Source: Gemmatimonadota bacterium (GTDB lineage Bacteria; Gemmatimonadota; Gemmatimonadetes; Palauibacterales; Palauibacteraceae). Taken from it: a stretch of 64,000 nucleotides of DNA. The stretch spans positions 2,336,001 to 2,400,000 of the forward strand of contig OY762926.1 in assembly GCA_963666735.1 (NCBI GenBank), written 5' to 3'. The notes beneath the pieces were generated by a model, which was given only the letters and a program-made list of their open reading frames with translations, did no database searches and was not told the DNA's origin. Positions 28,310-38,539 of the stretch are shown piece by piece. A program made the translations under genes and the position numbers. Numbering within the stretch: the stretch's first letter is position 1; each line of letters starts with the position of its first letter.

Positions 28310-29516
28310 AACTCGGCCGCGCACGATCCTCCACGTCGACATGGACGCGTTCTATGCCGCCGTCGAGATGCGCGAGGATCCCTCGCTGCGCGGGAAGCCT
28401 GTCATCATCGGATCCGCTCCGCACAAGGGCCGGGGCCGGGGCGTCGTCTCGACCGCGAACTACGAGGCCCGGCGCTACGGCATCCACTCCGCGATGCCGA
28501 TCTCGCAGGCGTGGCGCCGCTGTCCCGAGGGCACCTACGTGCGCCCGCGGATCGGCTTTTATGCGGAGATCTCCGAGCGAATCTTCGACATCTTCCGCTC
28601 GTTCACCGACCAGGTGGAGACGCTCTCGCTGGACGAAGCCTTCCTCGACGTGACGGCGAGCCGGCGGCTGTTCGGCGCCGGGCCCGAGATCGCTGCGCGG
28701 ATCCGGCAGCGGATCGCCGAAGAGGAGCGGCTCACGGCATCGGTCGGCGTCGCTTCCAACAAGTACGTGGCGAAGGTGGCGAGCGACCTGAAGAAGCCGG
28801 ACGCGCTCGTCGTGGCGCCGCCGGGGACCGAACGCGAGTTCCTGGCGCCCCTCTCGGTAGCGCGACTCTGGGGCGCGGGGCCGAAGGTGCAGGCCCGCCT
28901 GGCCCAACTCGGCCTGAAGACGATCGGGGATCTGGCGCGCAACAAGCCCGAGTTCCTCGAGGCGTCCCTGGGCCGGAAGTTGGGGCGATGGCTGCACGAA
29001 CTCGCGAACGGGGTCGACGTACGGCGGGTCGACCCGCGCCCGGGGCGAAAGTCACTCGGCAAGGAGGTCACGTTTCCGAGCGACGTGGAGGATCGCGCAC
29101 GCGTGGAGCGGACCCTGCTCGCCCTCTGCGAAGGGATCGCGCGGTCGCTCCGAAAGAAGGGGATCGCGGGGCGCACGGTGCAGTTGAAGTTGCGCTGGGA
29201 CGGTTTCGAGACGCACACGCGCCAGCGCACGCTCGAACGGCCGGCGGACATGACGGAAGCGATCTGGCCCGTCGCCCGGGAGCTGTTCCGGGAGGCGGAC
29301 GATCCCCGCCGGCTCGTGCGGCTCATCGGCGTCAGCCTCTCGGGCTTCGATCATCCTGAGGGCGAGCAGTTGAGACTGCTCGACGACGATGACCCGGCCT
29401 CCGGCGACGCGGTCCACCGGGAGCTGGCGAAGACGATGGACACGGTAGCGGACCGGTTCGGCCGGGACGCTCTGAAACGGGCCGCCCTTCTCGATTCCAA
29501 CGTGCGAGGCACATAG
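28296..29516 (+). CDS. dinB: DNA polymerase IV
   Basis: ILHVDMDAFYAAVE, STANYEARRYG, SLDEAFLD, AKVASDLKKP, VRLIGV. Confidence 0.95.
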   Translation: MPQPETRPRTILHVDMDAFYAAVEMREDPSLRGKPVIIGSAPHKGRGRGVVSTANYEARRYGIHSAMPISQAWRRCPEGTYVRPRIGFYAEISERIFDIFRSFTDQVETLSLDEAFLDVTASRRLFGAGPEIAARIRQRIAEEERLTASVGVASNKYVAKVASDLKKPDALVVAPPGTEREFLAPLSVARLWGAGPKVQARLAQLGLKTIGDLARNKPEFLEASLGRKLGRWLHELANGVDVRRVDPRPGRKSLGKEVTFPSDVEDRARVERTLLALCEGIARSLRKKGIAGRTVQLKLRWDGFETHTRQRTLERPADMTEAIWPVARELFREADDPRRLVRLIGVSLSGFDHPEGEQLRLLDDDDPASGDAVHRELAKTMDTVADRFGRDALKRAALLDSNVRGT

Positions 29517-29524
29517 CGAGGCAC

Positions 29525-30022
29525 ATGACCATGCAGGTATTCCCGATTCCGCCCGCCTCCGGGCGCGGCATCCTCTGGTTCTTCGTCATCATGATGGTGG
29601 TCCTCGGCGCCGTGACGCTGATGATGGGTTGGGCCGCCTGGTCCACCCGCAACAGCCGCGCCGAGGTCTCCCCCGCAGGGCTGAAGCTCGTGGGAGACCT
29701 CTGGGGCCGGACGATCCCCCTCGACCGTCTCGAACTCGACGAGTCGCGCGTGGTCGATCTCCGCGGCGAACCCGATCTCGTCCCGCGCCGTCGCACGATG
29801 GGAACGGCGCTCGGCGGTTACTCCGCCGGATGGTTCCGGCTGCGAAGCGGGGAAAAGGCCCTCCTGTACCTCACGGACCGGCGGCGGGTGGTGTACATTC
29901 CCACGCTCGACGGATACTCGCTCCTCCTGAGCCAGGGTGAACCCCGCCGCTTCCTGGACGCCCTGCACGACGCGACGGGGGGCACGGCCGGAAACGCCGA
30001 CGAAGCCACCGAAGGAGAGTGA
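29525..30022 (+). CDS. Membrane-anchored bacterial PH-domain protein
   Basis: One TM helix, then RTMGTALGGYSAGWFRLRSGEKALLYLTD. Confidence 0.7.
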   Translation: MTMQVFPIPPASGRGILWFFVIMMVVLGAVTLMMGWAAWSTRNSRAEVSPAGLKLVGDLWGRTIPLDRLELDESRVVDLRGEPDLVPRRRTMGTALGGYSAGWFRLRSGEKALLYLTDRRRVVYIPTLDGYSLLLSQGEPRRFLDALHDATGGTAGNADEATEGE

Positions 30023-30028
30023 CCGCGG

Positions 30029-30616
30029 ATGCTCCCGACACGCGCTGAGGCGCTCGCGATCGTCCACGAATACACCGAGAGTCCCGGCCTCCGGCGCCAC
30101 ATGCTGGCGGTGGAGGCCGGCATGCGGGCCTACGCGAGAAAATACGGCGCCGACGAAGACCGTTGGGGCGTGGCGGGGCTGCTCCACGACTTCGACTACG
30201 AGCGCTGGCCCAACCGCGACCGCGCGCCCGACTCGGAACATCCCTCCACCGGGGTCGCCATCCTGCGCGAGAAGGGCGTGGACGAGGACATCCTCGAGAC
30301 CATCATGGCCCACGCCGACTACACGGACGTGGAGGCGACGACGCTTATGTCGAAGACACTCCGGGCCGTGGACGAACTCACCGGTTTCATCACGGCCTGC
30401 GCCCTCGTGCGGCCGACGCGCCTCGCCGGCATGAAGACGAGGTCGGTGAGAAAGAAGATGAAGGACAAGGCCTTCGCCGCCGCCGTGAGCCGCGAGGAAA
30501 TGCTGGAGAACTGCGCCGAACTCGGTGAGGACATGGGCGAGCACATCGCCTTCGTGATCGCCGCGATGCAGGTTGCTGCGGAAGACCTCGGCCTGAATGG
30601 CCCCGCCCCCGGCTGA
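30029..30616 (+). CDS. HD/HDIG domain metal-dependent phosphohydrolase
   Basis: RHMLAVE, LLHDFD, AVDELTG. Confidence 0.85.
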   Translation: MLPTRAEALAIVHEYTESPGLRRHMLAVEAGMRAYARKYGADEDRWGVAGLLHDFDYERWPNRDRAPDSEHPSTGVAILREKGVDEDILETIMAHADYTDVEATTLMSKTLRAVDELTGFITACALVRPTRLAGMKTRSVRKKMKDKAFAAAVSREEMLENCAELGEDMGEHIAFVIAAMQVAAEDLGLNGPAPG

Positions 30617-30657
30617 ACCGCCGTGCGGACCGGCCCCCGATTCGGAGGTGACCGAGC

Positions 30658-30777
30658 ATGACCACGACGACCGTAATCATGATCATCGTCATCCTCGGAT
30701 TCGTCTGGGGAGGGCTCGCCATCCTCGCGTCGGCCGCCTGGCGCAAGGAAGGCGCCAAGCGAGGCGGAGAGGGCTGA
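30658..30777 (+). CDS. 39-aa single-pass membrane protein, MetS-like NSS transporter small subunit
   Basis: GGAGGTG RBS (30644-30650); MTTTTVIMIIVILGFVWGGLAILASAAWRKEGAKRGGEG with WGGL motif; below ORF-track cutoff. Confidence 0.7.
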   Translation: MTTTTVIMIIVILGFVWGGLAILASAAWRKEGAKRGGEG

Positions 30778-30786
30778 CCGCCCGTA

Positions 30787-31629
30787 ATGCCCGTGATGCC
30801 CGGAATGCCCGTCACGACGGACAGGAAGCAGAAGCGTCGTGGGGGAGGGACCCTCCTGGTGACGCTGGCTGCGCTGGCGGTCGGATCGTGCTTCCTTCCC
30901 CGTCCGATGCGCCCGCCCGAAGACCCGCCGGCGGCTGTACCGGATTCGGTCGCCCGCGATTCGGCGGCCGCGGAGGCCGCGCGCCGGGATTCGATCGCGA
31001 GGGCGCAACGAGCCGTGGCCGCGGCCGCCCGGCAGGATTCGATCGCGAGGGCAGAACGCGAGGCCGCCCGGCAGGATTCGATCGCGAGGGCACAGCGAGA
31101 GGCCGCCCGCCGGGACTCCATCCTCGAGGCCGAGCGGGCCGCGGCCGCCCGCCGGGACTCCATCCTCGAGGCCGAGCGGGCCGCCGCGCGCCGAGATTCG
31201 CTGGAGGCCGCGCGACGCGACTCGCTGATCGCCGCCGCCCGCCGCGACTCGCTGGCCAGCATCGAGACGGCCCGGGCCGCGGTCGAAGCGGAGTTGGCGG
31301 AACTCCGCGAATCGGGTCCCGTCTACGTCGCCCACGACGAAGCGCCCCGCCTCGTGTGGGACACCGATGCCGAGGCCGCGCTGGCGACGACCCTGCTTCC
31401 GGTCATCCGCGCCAGGGGACTCGACGCGGACATCGCGGCCTCCATCTGGCTCCTCGTGCGGATCGACGGAAGGGTCGAGGCAACCGCGATCCAGGTCTCG
31501 TCCGGCGACCAGGCCTTCGACGCGGCGGCCGTGCGGGCGGCCCGCGGAATGCTCTTTGCTCCCGCCCTCCGTGGCGGCCGCGTGGCGCCCGTATGGGTTC
31601 TGCGCGAAATCTCGCTTCTCATGCGGTAA
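30787..31629 (+). CDS. TonB-C-domain protein with lipobox-like N-terminus and AARxDS repeat stalk
   Basis: LAVGSC; about 9 RDS/QDS repeats; C-terminal DGRV…SSGDQAFDAAAVRAARGMLFAPA..GG.V..VW. Confidence 0.75.
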   Translation: MPVMPGMPVTTDRKQKRRGGGTLLVTLAALAVGSCFLPRPMRPPEDPPAAVPDSVARDSAAAEAARRDSIARAQRAVAAAARQDSIARAEREAARQDSIARAQREAARRDSILEAERAAAARRDSILEAERAAARRDSLEAARRDSLIAAARRDSLASIETARAAVEAELAELRESGPVYVAHDEAPRLVWDTDAEAALATTLLPVIRARGLDADIAASIWLLVRIDGRVEATAIQVSSGDQAFDAAAVRAARGMLFAPALRGGRVAPVWVLREISLLMR

Positions 31630-31696
31630 CCGCGGCCTTCTTCGCCCACCTTGGGGGGCTGCGATCCGCCGTCCGACCGAATAGCTTGCGCGCCCG

Positions 31697-34600
31697 ATGC
31701 CACGCCGCGACGACATCTCTTCGATCCTTCTCATAGGCTCCGGCCCGATCGTGATCGGCCAGGCCTGCGAGTTCGACTACTCCGGGACGCAAGCCTGCCG
31801 GGCGCTCCGCGAGGAGGGATATCGAGTCATCCTCGTGAACTCGAATCCCGCCACGATCATGACGGACCCGGACATCGCCGACGCGACCTACATCGAGCCG
31901 CTGACGGCCGACTGGGTCGAGCGGGTGATCGAAGTCGAGAAGCCCGACGCGCTCATCCCGACGATGGGCGGCCAGACGGCGCTCAACGTCGCGCTCGAAC
32001 TCGCCGAACGCGGGGTGCTCGACGAACACGGGGTGGAGTTGATCGGCGCCGATGTCCGGGCGATTCAACTCGCCGAGGACCGGGAACAGTTCGCCGAAGC
32101 GATGCGGCGAATCGGGCTCAAGTTGCCGGCGGGAGGCTTCGCCCGCTCGCTCGACGAGGCGCTCACGCTGGTCGAGAACACGGGATTCCCCGCCATCATC
32201 CGGCCCTCCTTCACCCTCGGCGGCACCGGCGGCAGCACCGCCTACAACCGCGAGGAGTTCGAGGATCTCGTCCGCTCCGGCATCCGCTCGTCGCCGATCG
32301 GCGAGGTGCTCATCGACCGCAGCATCATCGGCTGGAAGGAGTTCGAACTCGAGGTGATGCGGGACCGGGCGGACAACGTCGTCATCGTGTGCTCGATCGA
32401 GAACTTCGACGCCATGGGCGTGCACACGGGCGACTCGATCACCGTCGCGCCGGCGCTCACGCTCTCGGACCGCGAGTACCAGGCGATGCGGGACGCGGCC
32501 ATCGCGTGCATCCGCGAGATCGGAGTGGACGCGGGGGGCTGCAACATCCAGTTCGCCGTGCACCCGACGACGGGCCAGATGCTCGTCATCGAGATGAACC
32601 CGCGGGTGTCCCGGAGTTCGGCGCTCGCGTCGAAGGCGACCGGGTTCCCCATCGCCCGCATCGGCGCCAAGCTCGCGGTCGGTTACCGCCTCGACGAGAT
32701 CCCGAATGCGATCACCCGGGTGACGCCTTCGTGCTTCGAGCCGGTGCTCGATTACATGGTCGTGAAGATCCCGCGCTTCGCGTTCGAGAAGTTCCCGAAG
32801 GCGGACGCCACGCTCGGCGTGCAGATGAAGGCCGTGGGCGAGGTGATGGCGATCGGCCGCACCTTCCAGCAGGCGTGGCTCAAGGGCTTCCGCGCGCTCG
32901 AGAACGGGCGGTCGGGGTGGCTTCCCTCCCCGGACCCCGATGAGGACCGGCTGGAGGACGACGAGGTCGACACGGTACGGGCCGCGATCCGCACCGCGAC
33001 GCCGGAACGCCCCTTCCAACTGTACCGCGCCTTCCAGGCGGGCCTCTCCGTGTCCGAGATCAACCGGATCACGGGGATCGATCCCTGGTTCCTCTCGCAG
33101 CTCGAGGAACTGGTGCGGGAAGGCCAGACCTTCGCGGCGGCCGCGGAGGTCACGCCCGGGGACGTCGAACGGTTGAAGCGGATCGGCTTCGGCGACGCGG
33201 AGATGGCACAGTTGCGCGGGACACGCGGGACGACGGAGGCCGCGGTTCGCGAGATGCGCCAGACCGCGGGACTCCGGCCCGTCTACAAGACCGTCGACAC
33301 GTGCGCGGGCGAATTCCCCGCCGCCACGCCGTACCTCTACTCGACGTACGAAGACGAAAACGAATCCGAGCGCTCCGACCGGCGCAAGATCATCATCCTC
33401 GGCAGCGGCCCGAACCGCATCGGACAGGGCATCGAGTTCGACTACTGCTGCGTCTCGGCCTCGCTCGCGCTGCGCGAGGAAGGGTTCGAGACGATCATGA
33501 TCAACTCGAATCCCGAGACCGTCTCCACCGACTTCGACATCTCGAACAAGCTCTACTTCGAGCCCCTGACGGTGGAAGATGTGCTCGCGATCGTGGAGCA
33601 GGAGAAGCCGGAGGGCGTCATCGTCCAGTTCGGGGGACAGACGCCGCTGACCATCGCCCGCAAGCTGGAGCAACTCGGCGTCCCCATCCTCGGGACGAGC
33701 GTCGAATCGATCGACCGCACCGAGGACCGCCGCCGCTTCGACCAACTCTGCCGCGAGCTCGGCGTGCCCATGCCGCCGGGCGGGACCGCGACGAGCATCG
33801 AGGAGGCGCTGGAGATCGCGGAGGAGATCGGGTATCCCGTCCTCGTCCGGCCCAGCTACGTGCTCGGCGGCCGGGCCATGGAGATCGTCTACGATCCGGT
33901 CTCGCTGCGGGAATACTTCGCGCGCGCGGTGCAAGCTTCTCCCGAACATCCCGTCCTCCTCGACCGATTCCTCGAGGACGCCTTCGAGGCGGACGTGGAT
34001 GCGGTGTGCGACGGGGAGACGGTCGTGATCGGCGGGATCATGCAGCACATCGAGGACGCCGGCGTGCACTCGGGCGACTCGGCCTGCGTGCTGCCGCCCT
34101 ACCTCCTGCGCGACGTCGACATGGAGGCGATGCGCCGCTTCACGCGGGACTTCGCCCTCGCGCTGGACGTCCGGGGCCTCATCAACGTGCAGTTCGCCGT
34201 GCACGAGAAGACGGTGTACGTGCTCGAGGTGAACCCGCGCGCGAGCCGCACCGTGCCCTTCGTGAGCAAGGCGACGGGGGTCCCGCTGGCCCGGGTGGCC
34301 GCGCGCGTCCTTGCCGGGGTGAAGCTCGCCGACCTGGGCCTCGGCGACGAACTTGTCCCGCACCAGGTCTCGGTGAAGGAGGCGGTGCTCCCCTTCGACA
34401 AGATCCCGGATGCGGACACCGTGCTCGGGCCGGAGATGCGGTCCACGGGCGAGGTCATGGGATACGCGGACAGCTTTGGGCTCGCGTTCGCGAAGTCGCA
34501 GATCTCCGCCTACCAGGGGCTGCCGACGGAGGGGGCCGTCGCGATCACCGTGCACGATCAGGACAAGCCGAACATGGTCCCGATCGCGCGGCGCTTCCAT

Positions 34601-34969
34601 GAACTCGGCTTCTCGATCTTCGCCACCGAGGGCACGGCGAAATACCTGCGCGGGCGGGGAGTCCCCTGCGAGCGCATCCTGAAGGTGCACGAGGGTCGGC
34701 CGAACCTCCTCGACCGCATCGTCTCGGGCGAGGTCCAGCTGCTCCTGAACACCCCGCTCGGCAAGCACGCGCAGCACGACGACTACATGATCCGCCGCGC
34801 GGCCGTCGTCCGGCGGGTACCCTACACGACGACCCTTTCCGCAGCCTCGGCAGCCGCGGACGCGATCATCGCGCTCCGCCACCGCCGCCACACGGTCCAG
34901 AGCCTCCAGACGCGCGACGTGGCGGAGGTGGAAGAGGACCGGCGCACGAGGACCGCCGGCCCCGTCTGA
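31697..34969 (+). CDS. carB: Carbamoyl-phosphate synthase large subunit
   Basis: MPRRDDI…[11 protein letters not shown], two ATP-grasp halves, [18 protein letters not shown] domain. Confidence 0.97.
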   Translation: MPRRDDISSILLIGSGPIVIGQACEFDYSGTQACRALREEGYRVILVNSNPATIMTDPDIADATYIEPLTADWVERVIEVEKPDALIPTMGGQTALNVALELAERGVLDEHGVELIGADVRAIQLAEDREQFAEAMRRIGLKLPAGGFARSLDEALTLVENTGFPAIIRPSFTLGGTGGSTAYNREEFEDLVRSGIRSSPIGEVLIDRSIIGWKEFELEVMRDRADNVVIVCSIENFDAMGVHTGDSITVAPALTLSDREYQAMRDAAIACIREIGVDAGGCNIQFAVHPTTGQMLVIEMNPRVSRSSALASKATGFPIARIGAKLAVGYRLDEIPNAITRVTPSCFEPVLDYMVVKIPRFAFEKFPKADATLGVQMKAVGEVMAIGRTFQQAWLKGFRALENGRSGWLPSPDPDEDRLEDDEVDTVRAAIRTATPERPFQLYRAFQAGLSVSEINRITGIDPWFLSQLEELVREGQTFAAAAEVTPGDVERLKRIGFGDAEMAQLRGTRGTTEAAVREMRQTAGLRPVYKTVDTCAGEFPAATPYLYSTYEDENESERSDRRKIIILGSGPNRIGQGIEFDYCCVSASLALREEGFETIMINSNPETVSTDFDISNKLYFEPLTVEDVLAIVEQEKPEGVIVQFGGQTPLTIARKLEQLGVPILGTSVESIDRTEDRRRFDQLCRELGVPMPPGGTATSIEEALEIAEEIGYPVLVRPSYVLGGRAMEIVYDPVSLREYFARAVQASPEHPVLLDRFLEDAFEADVDAVCDGETVVIGGIMQHIEDAGVHSGDSACVLPPYLLRDVDMEAMRRFTRDFALALDVRGLINVQFAVHEKTVYVLEVNPRASRTVPFVSKATGVPLARVAARVLAGVKLADLGLGDELVPHQVSVKEAVLPFDKIPDADTVLGPEMRSTGEVMGYADSFGLAFAKSQISAYQGLPTEGAVAITVHDQDKPNMVPIARRFHELGFSIFATEGTAKYLRGRGVPCERILKVHEGRPNLLDRIVSGEVQLLLNTPLGKHAQHDDYMIRRAAVVRRVPYTTTLSAASAAADAIIALRHRRHTVQSLQTRDVAEVEEDRRTRTAGPV

Positions 34970-35000
34970 CGTTCCCGCGGGAACGTCCTCGCCCGCAGTC

Positions 35001-35036
35001 CCATTTCACCTGTCCATCCCACCGCCCCATCTCACC
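35001..35036 (+). repeat. Three 10-bp direct repeats with exact 13-bp period
   Basis: CCATTTCACC (35001), CCATCCCACC (35014), CCATCTCACC (35027). Confidence 0.7.
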
Positions 35037-35056
35037 GGACCAGCCAGTTCTCATTT

Positions 35057-35094
35057 GTTGCATGTTTATTCAAGATCTTGTATATATTCCCGCC
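35057..35094. promoter_or_regulatory. ARG box(es), putative ArgR operator
   Basis: TGCAT-GTTT-ATTCA (35059-35072) fits TGMAT-N4-ATKCA; weaker second half-site TGTATATATTCC; AT-rich island upstream of argG-argH-argR. Confidence 0.75.
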
Positions 35095-35167
35095 CCGCGC
35101 GGGCGCGCCCTCGTGCGGATCTCACTCCGTGAACGGTTCGACTTAACTGCCACCTCAGGATCGACGC

Positions 35168-36523
35168 ATGACGAAGAAGAGCGTGAAGCGGGTCGCCCTG
35201 GCGTACTCCGGGGGCCTCGATACATCGGTGATGGTCACCTGGTTGAAGGAGAACTACGACTGCGAGGTCGTGGCGGTCGTCGTGGACGTCGGCCAGAAGG
35301 AGGACTTCGAGGCGGCTCGCGAGAAGGCGATGGCGACCGGTGCGATCGCCTGCCGGGTCATCGACCTGCGCGAGGAGTTCCTGACCGAATGCGCCTTCCC
35401 CGCTCTGAAGGCGGGGGCCGTGTACGAGGGCCGCTACCTGCTCGGCACCTCCCTGGCCCGGCCCGTGATCGCGGCCGCCCAGGTCGAGGTCGCGCGCGAG
35501 TACGACTGCGACGCGGTCGCGCACGGATGCACCGGCAAGGGCAACGACCAGGTCCGCTTCGAACTCACCTACCAGGCGCTCGCTCCGGACCTGGCCGTGA
35601 TCGCCCCGTGGCGCGAGTGGGAAATCACCTCCAGGGAGGACGCCTTCGCCTACGCCGCGGAACGGAACATCCCCGTGCCGGGCAGCCCCCGGAAGCTGTA
35701 CAGCATCGACCGGAACCTGTGGCACACGTCGTTCGAGGGCGGCATCCTCGAGGATCCGGGCGCGGCCGCGCCGGACGAGTTGCGGGAACTGACGGTCGAT
35801 CCGGCCGAAGCGCCGGACACGCCCGAGGACGTCGTGATCTCCTTCGAGGGCGGCATCCCGGTGGCGCTCAACGGTGAGGCGCTCGATCCGATGACGCTGA
35901 TTCAGGGTCTGAACGAGAAGGCGGGGGCCCACGGGGTGGGGCGCGTGGACCTCGTCGAGAACCGGCTCGTGGGCATGAAGAGCCGCGGCGTCTACGAGAC
36001 GCCGGCGGGAACGGTCCTTGTCGCCGCGCTCGCCGATCTCGAGTCGATCACGCTCGACCGGGACACGGCGGGCTTCAAGCGGGGGATCGCCGACCGCTAC
36101 GCGGAGCTCGTCTATCAGGGTCTCTGGTTCTCGCCGCTGCGTGCGGCCTTCGACGCGTTCCTCGATGAGGCGCACGCGACCTCGACCGGAGACGTGACCG
36201 TTCGGCTGTTCAAGGGCTCCGCGCTGCCGGTGGCCCGCACGTCGCCCTTCTCGCTGTACCGGGAGGATCTCGCCACGTTCGAGGAGGATTCGGTCTACGA
36301 CCAGGCCGACGCCGGCGGCTTCGTCCGCCTGTGGGGCCTGCCTTCGAGTCTGGCGGCGCGAGTGCGGAAGGCGGCGGAGGCGGACGGCCCCGTCACCGAC
36401 TTCGCGTCCAACGGCGCGGATGCGGCGCGGGTTGGCCCGGAGGGGGGCACGGGACCGGGAATGGCGGTCCCGGCGGGCCTGCCCAGGCGAGCCGGCCGGC
36501 CGCTGGCGTCCACCCGAGGCTGA
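35168..36523 (+). CDS. argG: Argininosuccinate synthase
   Basis: LAYSGGLDTS, HGCTGKGNDQVRFE, ENRLVGMKSRGVYETP. Confidence 0.97.
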   Translation: MTKKSVKRVALAYSGGLDTSVMVTWLKENYDCEVVAVVVDVGQKEDFEAAREKAMATGAIACRVIDLREEFLTECAFPALKAGAVYEGRYLLGTSLARPVIAAAQVEVAREYDCDAVAHGCTGKGNDQVRFELTYQALAPDLAVIAPWREWEITSREDAFAYAAERNIPVPGSPRKLYSIDRNLWHTSFEGGILEDPGAAAPDELRELTVDPAEAPDTPEDVVISFEGGIPVALNGEALDPMTLIQGLNEKAGAHGVGRVDLVENRLVGMKSRGVYETPAGTVLVAALADLESITLDRDTAGFKRGIADRYAELVYQGLWFSPLRAAFDAFLDEAHATSTGDVTVRLFKGSALPVARTSPFSLYREDLATFEEDSVYDQADAGGFVRLWGLPSSLAARVRKAAEADGPVTDFASNGADAARVGPEGGTGPGMAVPAGLPRRAGRPLASTRG

Positions 36524-36529
36524 CCACCC

Positions 36530-38020
36530 GTGACGGAAGAACCCGAAGGGAGAACGCCGGGCGACGCCCTTTGGGGAGGGCGCTTCGCGGTCCCCGTACA
36601 TCCCGCGATCCTCGAGTTCACGAACTCGCTCCCGTTCGACCGCAGGCTGGTGCGGCACGACCTCCTCGCGAGCCTCGCGCACGCCCGCATGTTGCGCGAG
36701 ACGGAAATCCTCTCGACGGCTGACAGCAACCTGATCCTGTCGGGGCTGTCGGAGGTCCTGCGGGACGTGGAGAACGGCGAACTCAGGGTCGAAGGGCCGG
36801 ACGAGGACGTGCACACCTGGATCGAACGCACGCTCGTCGAGCGCGTGGGCGAAGCGGGCAAGCGGCTGCACACCGCGAGGAGCCGGAACGACCAGACCGC
36901 GATCGCGCTCCGGCTCTACGTGCGCGAGCGGCTCGAGGACGTCCTTTCGGGGGTGGCCGGGCTGCAGCGGGTGCTGACGGGCCAGGCGGCCTCGTTTCGG
37001 GAGACTTTCCTGCCCGGCTATACCCACCTGCAGCGGGGACAGCCGGTCAGCCTCGCGCACCACCTCCTCGCCCACGTGGCCTCGCTGGCCGCGGACGCGG
37101 AACGGCTCCGGGCGGCGCACCGGCTGGCGGGCGTGTCGCCGCTCGGCGCGGGGGCACTCGCCGGGACGTCGTTCCCGATCGATCCGCAGCGCAGCGCCGC
37201 CCTGCTGGGGCTCGACCGCACCTTCGCCAACAGCATGCACGTCGTCGGCGACCGCGACTACGTGCTCGACGCCGCGTACGCCTGCGCCATGCTCTCCGTG
37301 CACCTGTCGCGCTGGGCGGACGAAGTCGTGCTCTGGTCGACGCGCGAGTTCGGGTTCATCGACCTCGACGACTCCGTGGCGCAGGGCAGCAGCATCATGC
37401 CGCAGAAGAAGAATCCGGAGGCCGCCGAGATCCTGCGCGGCAAGTCGGCGCGGGCGATCGGAAACGTGACGTCGCTGCTCGCGCTGATGAAGGGTCTCCC
37501 CCTCACCTTCAACAGCGACTTTCAGGAGGACAAGGAGCGCCTCTTCGACTCCTTCGACACGGCGGACTGGTCGCTGGCGGCGGCGATCGCGATCGCGCGG
37601 GGCGTGGACTACCGGACCGATGCCATGGAGGCGGCGCTCACCGGCGGGATGCTGACGGCGACCGAGCTCGCCGACTATCTCGTCCGCGGCGGCGTCCCCT
37701 TCCGGACCGCACACCACGAGGTCGGCGAGGCGGTGCGCCTTGCCGAGGAAGGCGGCGTCGAACTGTGGGAACTGGACCTCGAGACCCTCCGGACGTGCTG
37801 TCCCACGGTGGGGGGCGACGTGCACGAGGTGTTGCGCCCGGAGGCCGCCGTCGCCGCGCACGACTCGCCGGGCGGGCCGGCTCCGGGACGCGTGCTGGAG
37901 CAGTTGCAGACGTGCGACCGCGATGTGGCGGCGCTCGAAACCTGGCTCGACGGCCGCACCGATCCCCCGATCCGGCGCGCCCACCTCGAGGAGCGCCTGC
38001 TGGACGCGGTGATCGCGTGA
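36530..38020 (+). CDS. argH: Argininosuccinate lyase
   Basis: LWGGRF, LHTARSRNDQ, PGYTHLQ, GSSIMPQKKNP. Confidence 0.97.
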   Translation: MTEEPEGRTPGDALWGGRFAVPVHPAILEFTNSLPFDRRLVRHDLLASLAHARMLRETEILSTADSNLILSGLSEVLRDVENGELRVEGPDEDVHTWIERTLVERVGEAGKRLHTARSRNDQTAIALRLYVRERLEDVLSGVAGLQRVLTGQAASFRETFLPGYTHLQRGQPVSLAHHLLAHVASLAADAERLRAAHRLAGVSPLGAGALAGTSFPIDPQRSAALLGLDRTFANSMHVVGDRDYVLDAAYACAMLSVHLSRWADEVVLWSTREFGFIDLDDSVAQGSSIMPQKKNPEAAEILRGKSARAIGNVTSLLALMKGLPLTFNSDFQEDKERLFDSFDTADWSLAAAIAIARGVDYRTDAMEAALTGGMLTATELADYLVRGGVPFRTAHHEVGEAVRLAEEGGVELWELDLETLRTCCPTVGGDVHEVLRPEAAVAAHDSPGGPAPGRVLEQLQTCDRDVAALETWLDGRTDPPIRRAHLEERLLDAVIA

Positions 38021-38484
38021 CGCCGGCACGCCGCAGAGCGCGCGAGCGGGCGATCCTGCGGATCATCGACCGCCGGCCGATCCGGACGCAGACCGAACTC
38101 GTAGCCGCGCTCGCGCGAGAGGGCGTCTCGACGACCCAGGCGACGCTGTCGCGGGATATTCGGCGCCTCGGCGTCGTGAAGCGGCCCGGCGCGCGCGGTC
38201 CCCGGTACCAGCGCGCCGAGTCCGAGACCACCCCGCCCAACCCCCGCCGCGTGCTGGCGGTGACGCTGAGCGAGTTCGCGCTGGAGGTCGGCCCGGGCGA
38301 CGCGCTGCTCGCGATCCGGACGCTGAGCGGCTGCGCCAACGCCGTCGCGATCGCCGTCGATGAGTCGGACCTGGAGGGCGTCGTCGCGACGGTCGCGGGC
38401 GACGACACGATTCTCATCCTGTGCCGCGACGCGGAGGTGCGGTCCCGGCTCACCGCCGAGCTGAGGTCGCTGGCCGGCCTCTGA
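38017..38484 (+). CDS. argR: Arginine repressor
   Basis: TQTELV…TQATLSRDIRRLG, TVAGDDTILIL; GTG overlaps argH stop. Confidence 0.93.
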   Translation: MTPARRRARERAILRIIDRRPIRTQTELVAALAREGVSTTQATLSRDIRRLGVVKRPGARGPRYQRAESETTPPNPRRVLAVTLSEFALEVGPGDALLAIRTLSGCANAVAIAVDESDLEGVVATVAGDDTILILCRDAEVRSRLTAELRSLAGL

Positions 38485-38539
38485 GTCGCGCTATGTCGCG
38501 CGCGGTCGAACAGTCCCCGCTTTCGTTACGCCTTGTCCA

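Noticed and set aside
30950..31260. Repeats as a possible CRISPR array
   Set aside because: In-frame coding repeats without unique spacers; no cas genes in the window
31619..38029. Very long antisense ORFs (31619-34891, 35066-38029) and similar ones such as 2227-4662 and 45199-48108
   Set aside because: Shadow frames of well-supported genes in high-GC DNA; no recognisable motifs
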